NCBI GenBank assembly: GCA_041656935.1
Contig: JBBACQ010000003.1
Coordinates: forward strand, 27,358-91,357
Length of the DNA: 64,000 nt
Source of the DNA: Patescibacteria group bacterium
Lineage (GTDB): Bacteria; Patescibacteriota; Patescibacteriia; Patescibacteriales; UBA12465
Reading direction: 5' to 3'
Shown here: in pieces, positions 28,736 through 39,158 of the stretch
Layout: each line of letters opens with the position of its first letter
Position numbering within the stretch: the first letter of the stretch is position 1
The notes under the pieces: model-generated
Database searches by the model: none
Seen by the model: only the letters and a program-made list of their open reading frames with translations
Told to the model about the DNA's origin: nothing
Position numbers and translations under genes: made by a program

Positions 28736-31165
28736 TTATTTCTTTTTCCAGTCTTCTCGACTAGTTATCGCCTCAATAATCCGTTTATCATAATTATATT
28801 TCTTAGCAAACCGTAAAGATTTAGCTAAGGAAATAGCTTTCCAGTCCTCCCTTTTGGTAATCAAAAAAAACAATCCGGAAGAAGTCTTTTCTGCGAAGCT
28901 AAAAGCCTCTTCTAGCAATAACTTTTTCCATTCCTTGTTATCTTCAATCGCAAGAAAGATCAAAGCCGAACGGTCTGACTTTTTGAAAACATCCGACAAC
29001 AAATCAAGGGGGCAATCACTTCTCTGAATAAATTCACGGGCTATTACAGTGTTATAATCGTTCTTTTTGAGAATAACAAGCGCCTCTTCCAAAGAAATAG
29101 TCTCTTGACGAACAATCAATCCAAGATATAAAAGTCTACTGTATGAATTTTGACTCAAAAACTCTTTTTCTGCTTCTTCAACAGTAAGAGCTCTCCAATC
29201 ATCTCGCTCAGCCAAAGAATCAATTAAAGCGTCAGCCGAATACTTCTCAATGTAGTAATAAACCTGTGAAAGGGGCAATTCTTTCCAATCCTTTCTTGTG
29301 CTTATTCCTTTAAAAGAGCCAAAATAAGAATTTTTTGCTAATTCTAAGGCGTTTTCTAGGGGATTATCCAGTCTATTGACCACTGGAAGAAGGGCTTTTT
29401 GAATATTCTGATCAGTGGGATCCAATAGACCTAGAAATTTCAGGGCCAACTCCAAGGGACAATCCTTCTTCTCGGTAAGAGACCAGACAACTGGCCAAGG
29501 GTTACGACTCCAATCAATTTTGTTTAAGAAATCCATAGCTTCCTGAAAAGAAAGTTTTCTCCAATCTTCACGCTCAGTAATGACAGATAAAACATTGAGA
29601 TAGGAAACAGGATTTGATAAAAAATCGAAAGCATCCTTCAAAGAAATTATTCTCCAATCATCATGTTTATTAATAATAGACCAAAGATTAATTAATTCAT
29701 AATTTGTTTCTGCCAAAAGATCAACGATCACACGAAGAGGGGTATCTTTTCGTTCTGCAATACTAATCGCTGTAGACATAAAATTATCGCTTTTCTTTAA
29801 AATTTGCAAAGACTCATCTATAGAAGCGATTCCTGACTCTATTATCACATTAGCGAGACTATAATTATAAAGACTGTTATCGCCTCTTCTTAATTCGGCC
29901 AATTCCAGGGCTTTACCAAGCGAACAATTTTTCGTGGTTATAATCCTTTCTAAAACGTAATTTTGGTTTCCAGTTTCAGAAGCGAGCTTAATCGCCTGAG
30001 ATAAAGAAAGGCTCTTCCAATCTTCTCGTTCAAAAACAATCTCTAAAGCACCGTAAAAGCTTCCCGAGTTTTTACAAAAACGAAGAGCATCACCGAGTGG
30101 TAAATTTATCCAATCACCTTTTTCAACAATCTTCTTCGAGTCACCATCATAAAATTCTGGTTCATCTCCACGATCATAAATAATTGGAATTAAACTACTC
30201 ATTAGCCCGAGTAACCGAATCCTTTTTGGAATGTCAAAGTCTCTTCGCTCCTCAAAAGAAGCAAAAGCATCTCTACGACACTCAATTTCTTCCATTAAAG
30301 CAAAAGCTTTATCAAAAGGAAGATCGTTTCTCTTAATCAAACCTGAAACAGCTAAAACTAAATACTCCCGGCCAATTTCTTTACTCTCTTCCCTAACTAT
30401 TTCTAGCAACTCATAAGCCAAATTCAATGAACAATCTGATCGAGCGATTATTTTTTCAAAATTCTGAATGATAATATCATTAAAGGAATAACCCTTAACA
30501 TTATGAACAAATATCTTTCTCAAACCACTCAAAACATCAGAAAGTTTAAAGTCTTTACGCTTTATAACAGCGGAAGAAACATCCATCGGAAAGCTTGAAC
30601 GTCTTAAAATTATTAAGGCCTCTTGAATACTACAATCTTTTCTACTAATAAAAATTTTGGCTAAACAATTATTACAGCAAGAACCAATAGTCGTTTCTTT
30701 TAATATCTCCAAAGCCAAATCTTTTTTCATCTTTGTCCAATAATCTTTACGTCCAAGATTGTTAATTACCGAAGAATTATAACCAAACTCTTTAGAAAAA
30801 TTTAATAATTCTTCTCCAGTAAATTTGTTTAAAAATTTCTTCTCGGCCAAAATTTCCAGGGCTTCACTAGCATACTCCGAATAATCAGATCTTTGTTTTT
30901 TAGCCGTTACGAATAATGACAAAAATTGATTATAAGAAATTTTCCTAAAATTATCATTTTGGACAGCCGATTTTATAACCCATAAAATATCCTCTGTTTT
31001 TCCCAATAATTCCCACAAATAATGAAAAGAACAGTCTTTTCTTTCAATAACAACCTTAACGACTTCTGGGTCATAACCACTTTCTTCAACTAAGGACATC
31101 GCTCTTCTGATTGAGCAAGCTTTTTCTCTGCGACATAATGCAACAAAAAAGTCATTTTTTTTCAT
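28736..31165 (-). CDS. 809-aa all-helical tandem-repeat (solenoid-type) protein, unknown family
   Basis: Roughly 25 degenerate units of roughly 26-34 aa, in two flavours: R[ED]DW[KR]x[LI]SLxEA and RKDC[SP]Lxx[AL]L. Has an AGGAGG SD, a TTGACA-18-TATTAT promoter and terminator hairpin CCCAACCCC.../GGGGTTGGG at 28694-28730. Visibly more G+C-rich than neighbouring genes. Confidence 0.7.
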   Translation of the reverse strand: MKKNDFFVALCRREKACSIRRAMSLVEESGYDPEVVKVVIERKDCSFHYLWELLGKTEDILWVIKSAVQNDNFRKISYNQFLSLFVTAKKQRSDYSEYASEALEILAEKKFLNKFTGEELLNFSKEFGYNSSVINNLGRKDYWTKMKKDLALEILKETTIGSCCNNCLAKIFISRKDCSIQEALIILRRSSFPMDVSSAVIKRKDFKLSDVLSGLRKIFVHNVKGYSFNDIIIQNFEKIIARSDCSLNLAYELLEIVREESKEIGREYLVLAVSGLIKRNDLPFDKAFALMEEIECRRDAFASFEERRDFDIPKRIRLLGLMSSLIPIIYDRGDEPEFYDGDSKKIVEKGDWINLPLGDALRFCKNSGSFYGALEIVFEREDWKSLSLSQAIKLASETGNQNYVLERIITTKNCSLGKALELAELRRGDNSLYNYSLANVIIESGIASIDESLQILKKSDNFMSTAISIAERKDTPLRVIVDLLAETNYELINLWSIINKHDDWRIISLKDAFDFLSNPVSYLNVLSVITEREDWRKLSFQEAMDFLNKIDWSRNPWPVVWSLTEKKDCPLELALKFLGLLDPTDQNIQKALLPVVNRLDNPLENALELAKNSYFGSFKGISTRKDWKELPLSQVYYYIEKYSADALIDSLAERDDWRALTVEEAEKEFLSQNSYSRLLYLGLIVRQETISLEEALVILKKNDYNTVIAREFIQRSDCPLDLLSDVFKKSDRSALIFLAIEDNKEWKKLLLEEAFSFAEKTSSGLFFLITKREDWKAISLAKSLRFAKKYNYDKRIIEAITSREDWKKK

Positions 31166-31489
31166 TTTATACCTCCTGTTTTAATTATTTAATTATCAAT
31201 GTTTTTTACTAATTTTATTTTATTTTTAAAGATCTTTGATAGGGAATAATACCATAATAATATCTTTTTTGTCAACGGTTGGCCCAAATTCTAACCTAGA
31301 TCTTAATTATCTGAAAAAGGCTTTAACTTCCACCCAGGGATAAGGAAAGGAAAGCTTCCATCAGCCGATAGATAAACCCCTTGTCTCAGCTCTATAGATT
31401 AAATAATTTTATAATTATTCCGCCGGCTCACTATTATTAAGATTGATTTAAAAAAATAAAAAACCCGATTATTAAACCGGGTATAATTT

Positions 31490-32173
31490 TTACAAATTGC
31501 AAATAATTTTATTAGCGGCCATCTTAACGGCCGTTGGTAGCATCATCCATTCATACGGCAAAACCTCTTTCTGCAAAAGCTCCGCTGACTCTTCTAAAGA
31601 AACCTTCTTATGAAAAGCATTGTAAATTATGGATTTTGGTATTTCTACACTCCCAACGAGTAACGGCTCTCCTGAATCATATTCTAAATCGGAAATAACC
31701 TCGTGAACTGTTGGATAAGTAAAAAACCGATCATCTATGGATTTTCTGCCACGATGAATTAAATCCAAAATTTGCAATAAAACTCTTTTATGAACCGTTA
31801 AGCCATACATGCCATCGCCACCAAAATTTTTGATTTCAGCTGGATGAATATTATAAATGGTTACTCTAACAATAGGGGCAACTCTTACAATACACCCAAC
31901 TAAAAAAACCAATTTGCAATCCAGCTTTATTCTTTCGGCTAATAAAAGGCGATTAAAACCACCTAACCCGCACTCTTTCCGATCAATAACTAGAGTTTCA
32001 ATATTATGTTTATCAGCCTTTTCCAGGCATCCAGCACCATACTTGGTACTTATTAATTTTTTTAGGGATATATTTGGAATAAATCCACCGGAATAAGCCT
32101 CCATTATAGCGTTAGCATCAGTTCCGCCACCTGAAGCAATCAACATGGTGTTTACTTTATGATTTGAGTCCAT
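31490..32173 (-). CDS. PurN-like formyltransferase-family protein
   Basis: LIASGGGTDANAI (compare LISGNGSNLQAI), NIHPA (Asn/His catalytic pair), SDLEYDSGEP (Asp loop). Has its own TTGACA-18-TATATT promoter. Confidence 0.65.
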   Translation of the reverse strand: MDSNHKVNTMLIASGGGTDANAIMEAYSGGFIPNISLKKLISTKYGAGCLEKADKHNIETLVIDRKECGLGGFNRLLLAERIKLDCKLVFLVGCIVRVAPIVRVTIYNIHPAEIKNFGGDGMYGLTVHKRVLLQILDLIHRGRKSIDDRFFTYPTVHEVISDLEYDSGEPLLVGSVEIPKSIIYNAFHKKVSLEESAELLQKEVLPYEWMMLPTAVKMAANKIICNL

Positions 32174-32530
32174 AAAACCTCCTGTTTTTATCTATTTTAT
32201 ATTTTAAAGATCAATAGAAAAATATAGCATGGTTTTGGTTTTTGTGTCAAGCACTATTTATTAATAATTATGAACGTTTTCTGCTAAAATTAAATCTCAA
32301 ATTGCATTTTTCTAATACAAAGAATAACTTGATAAACATAAGATTTCCATAGTTCTATAAGATGATAAACAAAAGGACAAAATAACCCATTTATTAGAAA
32401 AATATTCCCCCATATTATATTAAATTTACTTCTATAATTGTGACTATACAAGGTATTGACTAAATAATAAAAATTATGTTATTATACAAGGTTAAAAGTT
32501 CATTAAAAATTAAATAAAAAAATAGATGTC

Positions 32531-33841
32531 ATGAAAAAGAAAAAATATCTTATTTTAAAAGATGGAAAAAAAATAATCACCGAAGAAGACCCCTTTATTT
32601 TTTTAAGATTAAAAAGGGTAAATTTAAATTTGAACTCAAAACTAAAAGAGATGGAAATACTTGAACAAGAAATCTCTAGCGGAAAGGGTTTTTTTTCAAT
32701 TCTACCTAACGGAAAAATTATTTCTAGCTTAATTCAAGAATTTATTACTAATCATCTTGAAAATGATTTTGAAGCCTCTCAGATAAAAACTCCTTTTATT
32801 TATAAAATTAAAGGGGATGAAAGCCTAACAAAATTATTTGAAGAAAGAGTTTATCTGCTAAAATCAGAGGATGAAATAAAAATGATTCTGAAACCAAATG
32901 CTGACTTAGGATTATTTCATTTAGCATCAAATATAATGATAAATAAAAAATGTTTACCATTAAGAATCTACGAAAACTCGACTTGCCTTCGCTATTTATT
33001 AAGCGGAGAAATTAATGGGATTAAAAAGGCTAGAGGTTTTTTCTTATTTGATTGCCATTCTTTTTGTGAGAATGAAGAATCTGCTATTCAAGAGTATTTT
33101 AGCGTCTTAAATAAACAGAAATCCATGCACAGTATTTTTTCTAAGAAAATTATTATTTGGTTTAAATTGCCAGAAAAATTTTTAAATAAATACCAAAAAA
33201 TAATTGAGCTGTATGCCTCCGCAAAAGATTTAATTATAGTAGAGATTCTATCAGAAAAAAAATCTTATTGGGAAATAAAATCTTTCACAATGGACGAAGA
33301 CGGAGACAGACTATTCCATGTCCAATTTGACTTATTAAACCCAATTGAATATGGAATAAAATATCTTGATGGTGAAAAAACAAAACCTTGTATTATAATC
33401 CATAATTCTTTAGGGACTGTTGAACGTTGGATTTTCTTTTTTATTAAAAATGCTCTTAAAAAAGAAACTCCGGTTCTCCCCTTGTGGCTATCACCAACTC
33501 AAGTAAGAATACTCCCAATAAAAGATACTAATATTCTTGACACTATTAAGTTAGCAGAGAAAATAAGATCTTTTAAAATAAGAGTTGATGTTGATGACCG
33601 CAGTGACACTCTTGGTGCAAAAATAAGAAATGCTGAAAAAGAATGGATTCCTTATATTATCGTTTTCGGTGACAAGGAAGCATCTGACCAAAGTGTTTTA
33701 CCAATAAGAAAAAGAGGTTATGGACAAATATCGCTATCAGCAGAATCCTTAATTGAAAAAATTAAAGAAGAAGTTGAAGATATGCCTTACAGATCATTGC
33801 CAAATTGGTTATTATCAAAAAGACCAATCTTTTATGGTTAA
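32531..33841 (+). CDS. thrS: Threonyl-tRNA-synthetase-like class II aaRS lacking the TGS/editing N-terminal domains
   Basis: Aligns by eye to the E. coli ThrRS catalytic and anticodon domains: CLRYLLSGEINGIKKARGFFLFDCHSFC (motif 2 region, Zn ligands C and H kept), IIHNSLGTVERW, and LPLWLSPTQVRILPI...DDRSDTLGAKIRNAEKEWIPYIIVFGDKE. Confidence 0.7.
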   Translation: MKKKKYLILKDGKKIITEEDPFIFLRLKRVNLNLNSKLKEMEILEQEISSGKGFFSILPNGKIISSLIQEFITNHLENDFEASQIKTPFIYKIKGDESLTKLFEERVYLLKSEDEIKMILKPNADLGLFHLASNIMINKKCLPLRIYENSTCLRYLLSGEINGIKKARGFFLFDCHSFCENEESAIQEYFSVLNKQKSMHSIFSKKIIIWFKLPEKFLNKYQKIIELYASAKDLIIVEILSEKKSYWEIKSFTMDEDGDRLFHVQFDLLNPIEYGIKYLDGEKTKPCIIIHNSLGTVERWIFFFIKNALKKETPVLPLWLSPTQVRILPIKDTNILDTIKLAEKIRSFKIRVDVDDRSDTLGAKIRNAEKEWIPYIIVFGDKEASDQSVLPIRKRGYGQISLSAESLIEKIKEEVEDMPYRSLPNWLLSKRPIFYG

Positions 33842-33852
33842 AAAATACCATA

Positions 33853-33882
33853 AAAAAAGCCACTTTTAAAAGTGGCTTTTTT
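33853..33882. terminator. Bidirectional intrinsic terminator between convergent genes
   Basis: AAAAAAAGCCACTTTT/AAAAGTGGCTTTTTT, flanked by an A-run and a T-run. Confidence 0.7.
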
Positions 33883-33896
33883 AATAATAAAAACTG

Positions 33897-34685
33897 TTAA
33901 TCCTTGTTACCCCAGAAAAAAAAGTATTTTTTCTCTAGCAAGTTTAGAATGAATATAAAAGAACAACTAACAATTGCAACAAGCAATAAAGAACCATAGA
34001 GCAAACCAGGTTTAAGTTGATAAAAAGAAGCTATCATTAATCTTCCGATTCCACTATTAGCGCCAAGCCACTCTCCTATAACTGCCCCCATAATACTAGC
34101 CGGAAGAGATAGTTTAGCAGAAATAAAAAAATAAGGAATAGAATTAGGAATAATTATTTTTTGTAAAATCTGAAAACGAGTAGCATTTAAAATTTTCATT
34201 AATTCCATAACACTTTGACTTCTAATTTCTCTTGAAGCCGTCTCTAGCGAAACTAGGGCTGGAAAATAAGCTATTAAAGCAGACACAAAAATAATAGATA
34301 AAGACGATCCTTGACCGAAAATCATAATAATTAAAGGAGAAAATCCTATTATAGGAAAGGAGTTTATAGCAAAAGCAATTGGCATCACAATAGATCTCAA
34401 TAAGGGAGAAAAATACATTAAAAAAACAAATAAAATAGCCAAGGCAGACCCAAATAAAAAACCAACAAAAGCTCTATATAAAGTTACGAATAACTCTGGA
34501 AATATTATATTAGCATCAAAAATAATAGTTTTTAAAATAGTCTTTGGAGTCGGTACAAAAACCTCTATACTAGTTTTACCATGAGAAACCATTTCCGAAC
34601 TAAAAAAACCTTCCCCAATCTGCCATAAAAACAAAAATAACAACAAAAAAATAATTAATCCTAAGTATTTGCTTTTAGTTTTCAT
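33897..34685 (-). CDS. ABC transporter permease (NitT/TauT-type)
   Basis: BPD-transporter-type polytopic protein. Overlaps the ATPase gene stop. Confidence 0.8.
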   Translation of the reverse strand: MKTKSKYLGLIIFLLLFLFLWQIGEGFFSSEMVSHGKTSIEVFVPTPKTILKTIIFDANIIFPELFVTLYRAFVGFLFGSALAILFVFLMYFSPLLRSIVMPIAFAINSFPIIGFSPLIIMIFGQGSSLSIIFVSALIAYFPALVSLETASREIRSQSVMELMKILNATRFQILQKIIIPNSIPYFFISAKLSLPASIMGAVIGEWLGANSGIGRLMIASFYQLKPGLLYGSLLLVAIVSCSFIFILNLLEKKYFFFWGNKD

Positions 34686-35419
34686 AAAAAATTAAATTCA
34701 TTTCTAATATTTTTTATATTCTCATAAAAATAATCACGATATCTTAATCTGGATAGATCATCTTTTTTAATTCCAGGAATAACTTTAAAAATATTACCGT
34801 TTCTAGTCATTAAAATAATATAGTCCGATAAAAAAACAGCTTCTTCTATACTATGAGTAACAAAAAATGTTATGGTTTTACTTTTTTTAATAATGTTTAA
34901 TAGATCTAGCTGTATTGATTCTCTGGTTATCTCATCTAAAGCGCTAAAAGGCTCATCCATTAAAAGCAATTGGGGGGACAAAGCTAGGGACTGAGCAAGG
35001 GCAACTCTTTGTTTCATTCCACCTGACAATTCAAAAGGGTAAAGCTTTTCTTTATTTTTTAATCCAACCAAATCTATCAAATTATAAATGTCTACCCCCT
35101 CTTTTTTGGCTATCTCAATTGGAAGATTAATATTATCAAAAACATTTCTATTTTTTAAAAGAGTTGGAAATTGTGGAACCCAGCCTATACTACTTTTTTT
35201 TCTTAAGAAAGGAATATCTTTATCATTAAATAAAACAGAGCCAGAACTTGGCTCTAAAATATTTCCTAAAATTTTTAACAAAGTTGATTTACCACATCCA
35301 GATGGACCAATAATAGAAACAAAATCACCTTCAGAACAAGAAAAACTAAAATTATCAATAACCAAATCATTAGGATTTTTATAATATTTAGATAAATTAA
35401 TTATTTCTATCTTGTTCAT
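34682..35419 (-). CDS. ABC transporter ATP-binding protein (NitT/TauT-type)
   Basis: Walker [10 protein letters not shown], signature LSGGMKQR, Walker B LLLMDEP. Confidence 0.9.
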   Translation of the reverse strand: MNKIEIINLSKYYKNPNDLVIDNFSFSCSEGDFVSIIGPSGCGKSTLLKILGNILEPSSGSVLFNDKDIPFLRKKSSIGWVPQFPTLLKNRNVFDNINLPIEIAKKEGVDIYNLIDLVGLKNKEKLYPFELSGGMKQRVALAQSLALSPQLLLMDEPFSALDEITRESIQLDLLNIIKKSKTITFFVTHSIEEAVFLSDYIILMTRNGNIFKVIPGIKKDDLSRLRYRDYFYENIKNIRNEFNFL

Positions 35420-35436
35420 TCTATCTAAAATTATTA

Positions 35437-36513
35437 TTAATCCTTAGAATTTATTTTATTTAGAACACTCAAGTCAATAATATCATTTTCGGAGGGGATT
35501 GATGGAATTTGACCTAAATCATAATATGCTTTAGAAAAATTTAAAATTTGTTCAATATCTACACTGCCTATATTATCATCACCAAAAAGCGGAATAGACT
35601 TCTTCATCATCCATAATTCTTGATCTATATCTAATATTTTTCCACCACAAACATCAGATAAAACATACTCTGCTGCCTTTTCTGGATTACTAATAGAAAA
35701 TTTGCTACCTTTAATGGTCGCTCTTAACCATTTTTCTAACATTTCTGGTTTTTCTCTTATTGTTTCATCTCTAGCAATGGCAACCATCGAAGGTTGGCTG
35801 AAACCAGGAATATCTCCAAAACTTAAAAAATTATAATCTATGCCAGCCTTTTCAACCTCATAAGCCTGGGTTGTCCAATAAGAAGCTAGGGCGTCAACCT
35901 GATTAAGCAAAAATGGCGAGGCGTCAAAGCCTACGGTTGAAAGATTAAGGTCGTCAACAGGAACTCCAACATGATTTGCTATTGCAAACTGAGCTACGCT
36001 ATCAGCGGTGACTCCTATTTTATATTTAGATCCATCGTTTTTTCTATTATTGACAAGATCATAAAAATTATTTATACCAGAGTCCTTTCTAACTATAAAA
36101 CCAAAGGGATTTTCTCTCCAAAAAACAGAAAATATTTTTGCCCTAATCTTCTCTTCTTCTCTCTCATTAGTGACACCTCTTAATAAGGGAATTATATCTC
36201 CATCAATAGCAATATCAATATTTTTATCTTGAACTAAAGCATTTGTAGCAATAACAAAGGATGCTCCCGTTGGACCGCCGGGAATTAACTCAACATCAAG
36301 ACCCTCTTCTTCGTAATAACCCTCTTTAATTGCAGAACAAATATTAGCGAATTCTGCATTCAAAATCCATCCGGCTTGAACTCGAACTTTTTCCAACTGC
36401 TCATCTTCAACATTATTTTTTTCCTTGTTTTTAAAAATAAAAGATACCACTATCAAAATAACTAAAATAATGGTTAAAAAAAAAGCTAGCCTAATTACTT
36501 TCTTGTTTTTCAT
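35437..36513 (-). CDS. NMT1/THI5-like ABC substrate-binding protein
   Basis: N-terminal anchor and a periplasmic-binding-protein fold pattern. Operonic with the ABC genes. Confidence 0.65.
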   Translation of the reverse strand: MKNKKVIRLAFFLTIILVILIVVSFIFKNKEKNNVEDEQLEKVRVQAGWILNAEFANICSAIKEGYYEEEGLDVELIPGGPTGASFVIATNALVQDKNIDIAIDGDIIPLLRGVTNEREEEKIRAKIFSVFWRENPFGFIVRKDSGINNFYDLVNNRKNDGSKYKIGVTADSVAQFAIANHVGVPVDDLNLSTVGFDASPFLLNQVDALASYWTTQAYEVEKAGIDYNFLSFGDIPGFSQPSMVAIARDETIREKPEMLEKWLRATIKGSKFSISNPEKAAEYVLSDVCGGKILDIDQELWMMKKSIPLFGDDNIGSVDIEQILNFSKAYYDLGQIPSIPSENDIIDLSVLNKINSKD

Positions 36514-37315
36514 ATTTTTCTAAATTGATTTTAAAAATATTTTTAATATTAGCAGAAACCCTATTAAAATAAAGTAGTAAAACATCTTTTTTGTCTATTG
36601 GTTTTCGTGACCAATATAGAGCTTTTTTAAGATCTTCTTCCATTAAAGGATACTCATTAGAAACAATTTTATAACAATCACTGAGATCATTTGAATATTT
36701 TTTATGAACGGGAATAGAAGAATATAAAGAGAATCTCAAAACAATTCTCGACATCCATACACATAAAAAGTTAATATCCCTCTTTACGTTATTATAAAGA
36801 AAATCCTTATTAAAAGCAAGGGATTGTTTAATAAACAAAAACTCATTATCCATTTCTTTTAATAAGTTTTTAGACAATTCTATACCTAATTTATATTTTT
36901 CTAAATTACTCAAAAAATCAATACCAGACAAAAGAACTGATTGAGTCTTTAAATAAATTCTTAACTTATTAAGCTTTGGGGATTTTAATAAATCATTTTT
37001 ACTAACTAAAAATAAATCGAAACCCTTTACCCATTTATATTTATTGTCTAAAAATAAAGAATACTCTAAGAAATTAGAGAAATTATCTTTTTTGGGTCTT
37101 GTTTTTGTGATAATAACAAAGTCAATATCAGAAATATTTTCAACAAATCTTCCAACTGACACGCTCCCCCTTATATACGCACTCAAAAAATTATTTTTCA
37201 ATTCTCTTTTAGAAAAATAGGCTATTCTCTTTAAAATAAATAACAGTTTTGTGGAAATGTTTTTAATATTTCCATCATTAATTAAAAACCCATCTTTATC
37301 AACTCTCAAAATCAT
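36491..37315 (-). CDS. Nucleotidyltransferase-domain protein
   Basis: GSVSVGRF...SDIDFVII minimal NTase (Pol beta-like) motif. 23-nt overlap with the downstream gene. Confidence 0.6.
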   Translation of the reverse strand: MILRVDKDGFLINDGNIKNISTKLLFILKRIAYFSKRELKNNFLSAYIRGSVSVGRFVENISDIDFVIITKTRPKKDNFSNFLEYSLFLDNKYKWVKGFDLFLVSKNDLLKSPKLNKLRIYLKTQSVLLSGIDFLSNLEKYKLGIELSKNLLKEMDNEFLFIKQSLAFNKDFLYNNVKRDINFLCVWMSRIVLRFSLYSSIPVHKKYSNDLSDCYKIVSNEYPLMEEDLKKALYWSRKPIDKKDVLLLYFNRVSANIKNIFKINLEKYEKQESN

Positions 37316-37324
37316 ATATTATAA

Positions 37325-38233
37325 TTAATGCCACCAATTAATTAAGGGCAAATCTTTGGTTAATATATTAAAATTATTACTTATCATTGGAAGCACATCA
37401 TTTTTAATAACCAGAAATTCGGATGCAGCATGAGAAACGCCAAAAAAAGACATATTACTACTATTAATATATTCTAAAGATTCTTTCATTTTATTTTTGC
37501 CTCTCTCGTTATCTATATGAGAATGAATTTCCCCTGTTATATAAGCATCAATATTATTTTCTTCGGCCTCTTTAAAAAATTCAACCTTATCACCACTCCC
37601 AGCAACAATAGCAATTTTTGTTATTTTATCTTTAATTTTACCACCAAAATCAACATATGGAACATCAAAAATATCTTTTAATTTACTTTCTAAATCAGTA
37701 CTACTAATAGGATCAATATCCCCAAATAAACCAATAAAACCACCCGCAATATTAATAAAATAATTTTTATTTTTCACATTCAATTCTTTGGCTATTGATA
37801 AATTTGTATTGATTTCATTATGGCAATCAAGAGGGTGATGGCAAGAATAAATAGATAATTTTTTTTGAATTATTTTATCTAATTGTCCTTTCTTAATTGG
37901 TAAAAAAGCTCTACCTGGTAATCCCTGAGGATCACCACATTCCATGTCAATAGGATGATGCAAAAATAAAAAATCTCCTTCTTTAGATTCTTTTATAAAT
38001 TTTTTCAAAACCTCTTCAGTCGGGAAAACAGATCCAAAAACGGTACTGATGTTTTCACCACCTTCAATCATTAAACCATTAAAATACTTAGAAAAATTTT
38101 GAGTAAAATATTTATTCCACTCAAAATTTTCATATACCATAGGAACCATTCTACTCATAGAAGGATCCGGCCCATATTTTTCTATAGAAAAATAATTATT
38201 TAAAAAATTAACTAAATCGTTTCTTTTTATCAC
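37325..38233 (-). CDS. NIF3-family dinuclear metal centre protein
   Basis: HHPI..., CHHPLD and GEIHSH histidine clusters typical of NIF3/YbgI. Confidence 0.75.
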   Translation of the reverse strand: MIKRNDLVNFLNNYFSIEKYGPDPSMSRMVPMVYENFEWNKYFTQNFSKYFNGLMIEGGENISTVFGSVFPTEEVLKKFIKESKEGDFLFLHHPIDMECGDPQGLPGRAFLPIKKGQLDKIIQKKLSIYSCHHPLDCHNEINTNLSIAKELNVKNKNYFINIAGGFIGLFGDIDPISSTDLESKLKDIFDVPYVDFGGKIKDKITKIAIVAGSGDKVEFFKEAEENNIDAYITGEIHSHIDNERGKNKMKESLEYINSSNMSFFGVSHAASEFLVIKNDVLPMISNNFNILTKDLPLINWWH

Positions 38234-38543
38234 ACTTTTATGATTAATTTTAATTAATTTTATTTATCGTTTTATATAATCAATATAACATATTTTTAGA
38301 AAATAAAAAACAAATTTTTTATAAAATTTATCTAAAATTTTAAAAATATAACATTAATTAAGATTTGGGCCTCTTCTACCCCCCCCCTTATTTTCAATCC
38401 TTTTCTAATTTTTGACTAAAAAAATAAAATCTGGCCTCTACAAAATCTTCTTTTTACCCCCATAAAACAAAAGGATGTAAGTCGGTCTCTCACAAAAAAG
38501 AAGCATCTACTCAGGGTCGCAAACGATGTTCGAACTAAATTAG

Positions 38544-39052
38544 CTAATTTGCTTTATAATCTTTTCTGAATAAAGCCATGGTTAAAAAATTATAAAACTT
38601 ATTATTATAAACCTCATCTATCATTTTACCTTCAATTTTAAATCCTAACTTCTTGTATAGCTTTACTGCTATTTTGTTATCTTCAATTACCCCTAAATTA
38701 ATTTTATGAAGTCTTAATTTTTTGAATCCATATTCTATTATCCATTCCATTGCCTGTTTACCAATTCCTTTTCCTCTGTAACGGTCTTCTCCAATCATAA
38801 TAAACAGATCAGCCTTTCTATTCTGTTTAGAAATATTTGATAAGCCGACCACCCCACGGGCTTGTTATCAAAAAAAATAGTGAAGAATTTTTTATTTTTA
38901 TCTTTTTGATAATTTTTAAACCATTTTTCCTGCTCCTTTAAGGTTGTTTTTTCTCCCAATTTATCACCTATATATCTATTTACTTTGGGGTTGTTTAACC
39001 ATCTTAATCTATATGGTATATCTATTTTTTTGTGAATTCTAATTTTTATCAT
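38544..39052 (-). pseudogene. GNAT N-acetyltransferase split by a 1-nt frameshift
   Basis: Two overlapping ORFs (38795-39052 and 38544-38852). Restoring one G in the run GTGGGGTGG (about 38851-38859) reads ...FDNKPVGVVGLSNISKQNRKADLFIMIGE...RGKGIGK..., a continuous GNAT. Confidence 0.75.
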
Positions 39053-39158
39053 ATTTATATTATACCATAAGTTTATCTATGTCCCAAAAGGGATTAAGTC
39101 TAAAATATACAAAAAAAAGCGGATACAAAGTGTCCACTTTCCAAGGTACATATCAATT

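Noticed and set aside
38391-38543. Possible tRNA fragment or ncRNA downstream of the GNAT pseudogene (GGTCGCAAACGATGTTCGAAC)
   Set aside because: Only a T-loop-like GTTCGAA string is present. No cloverleaf or stable paired structure could be drawn.
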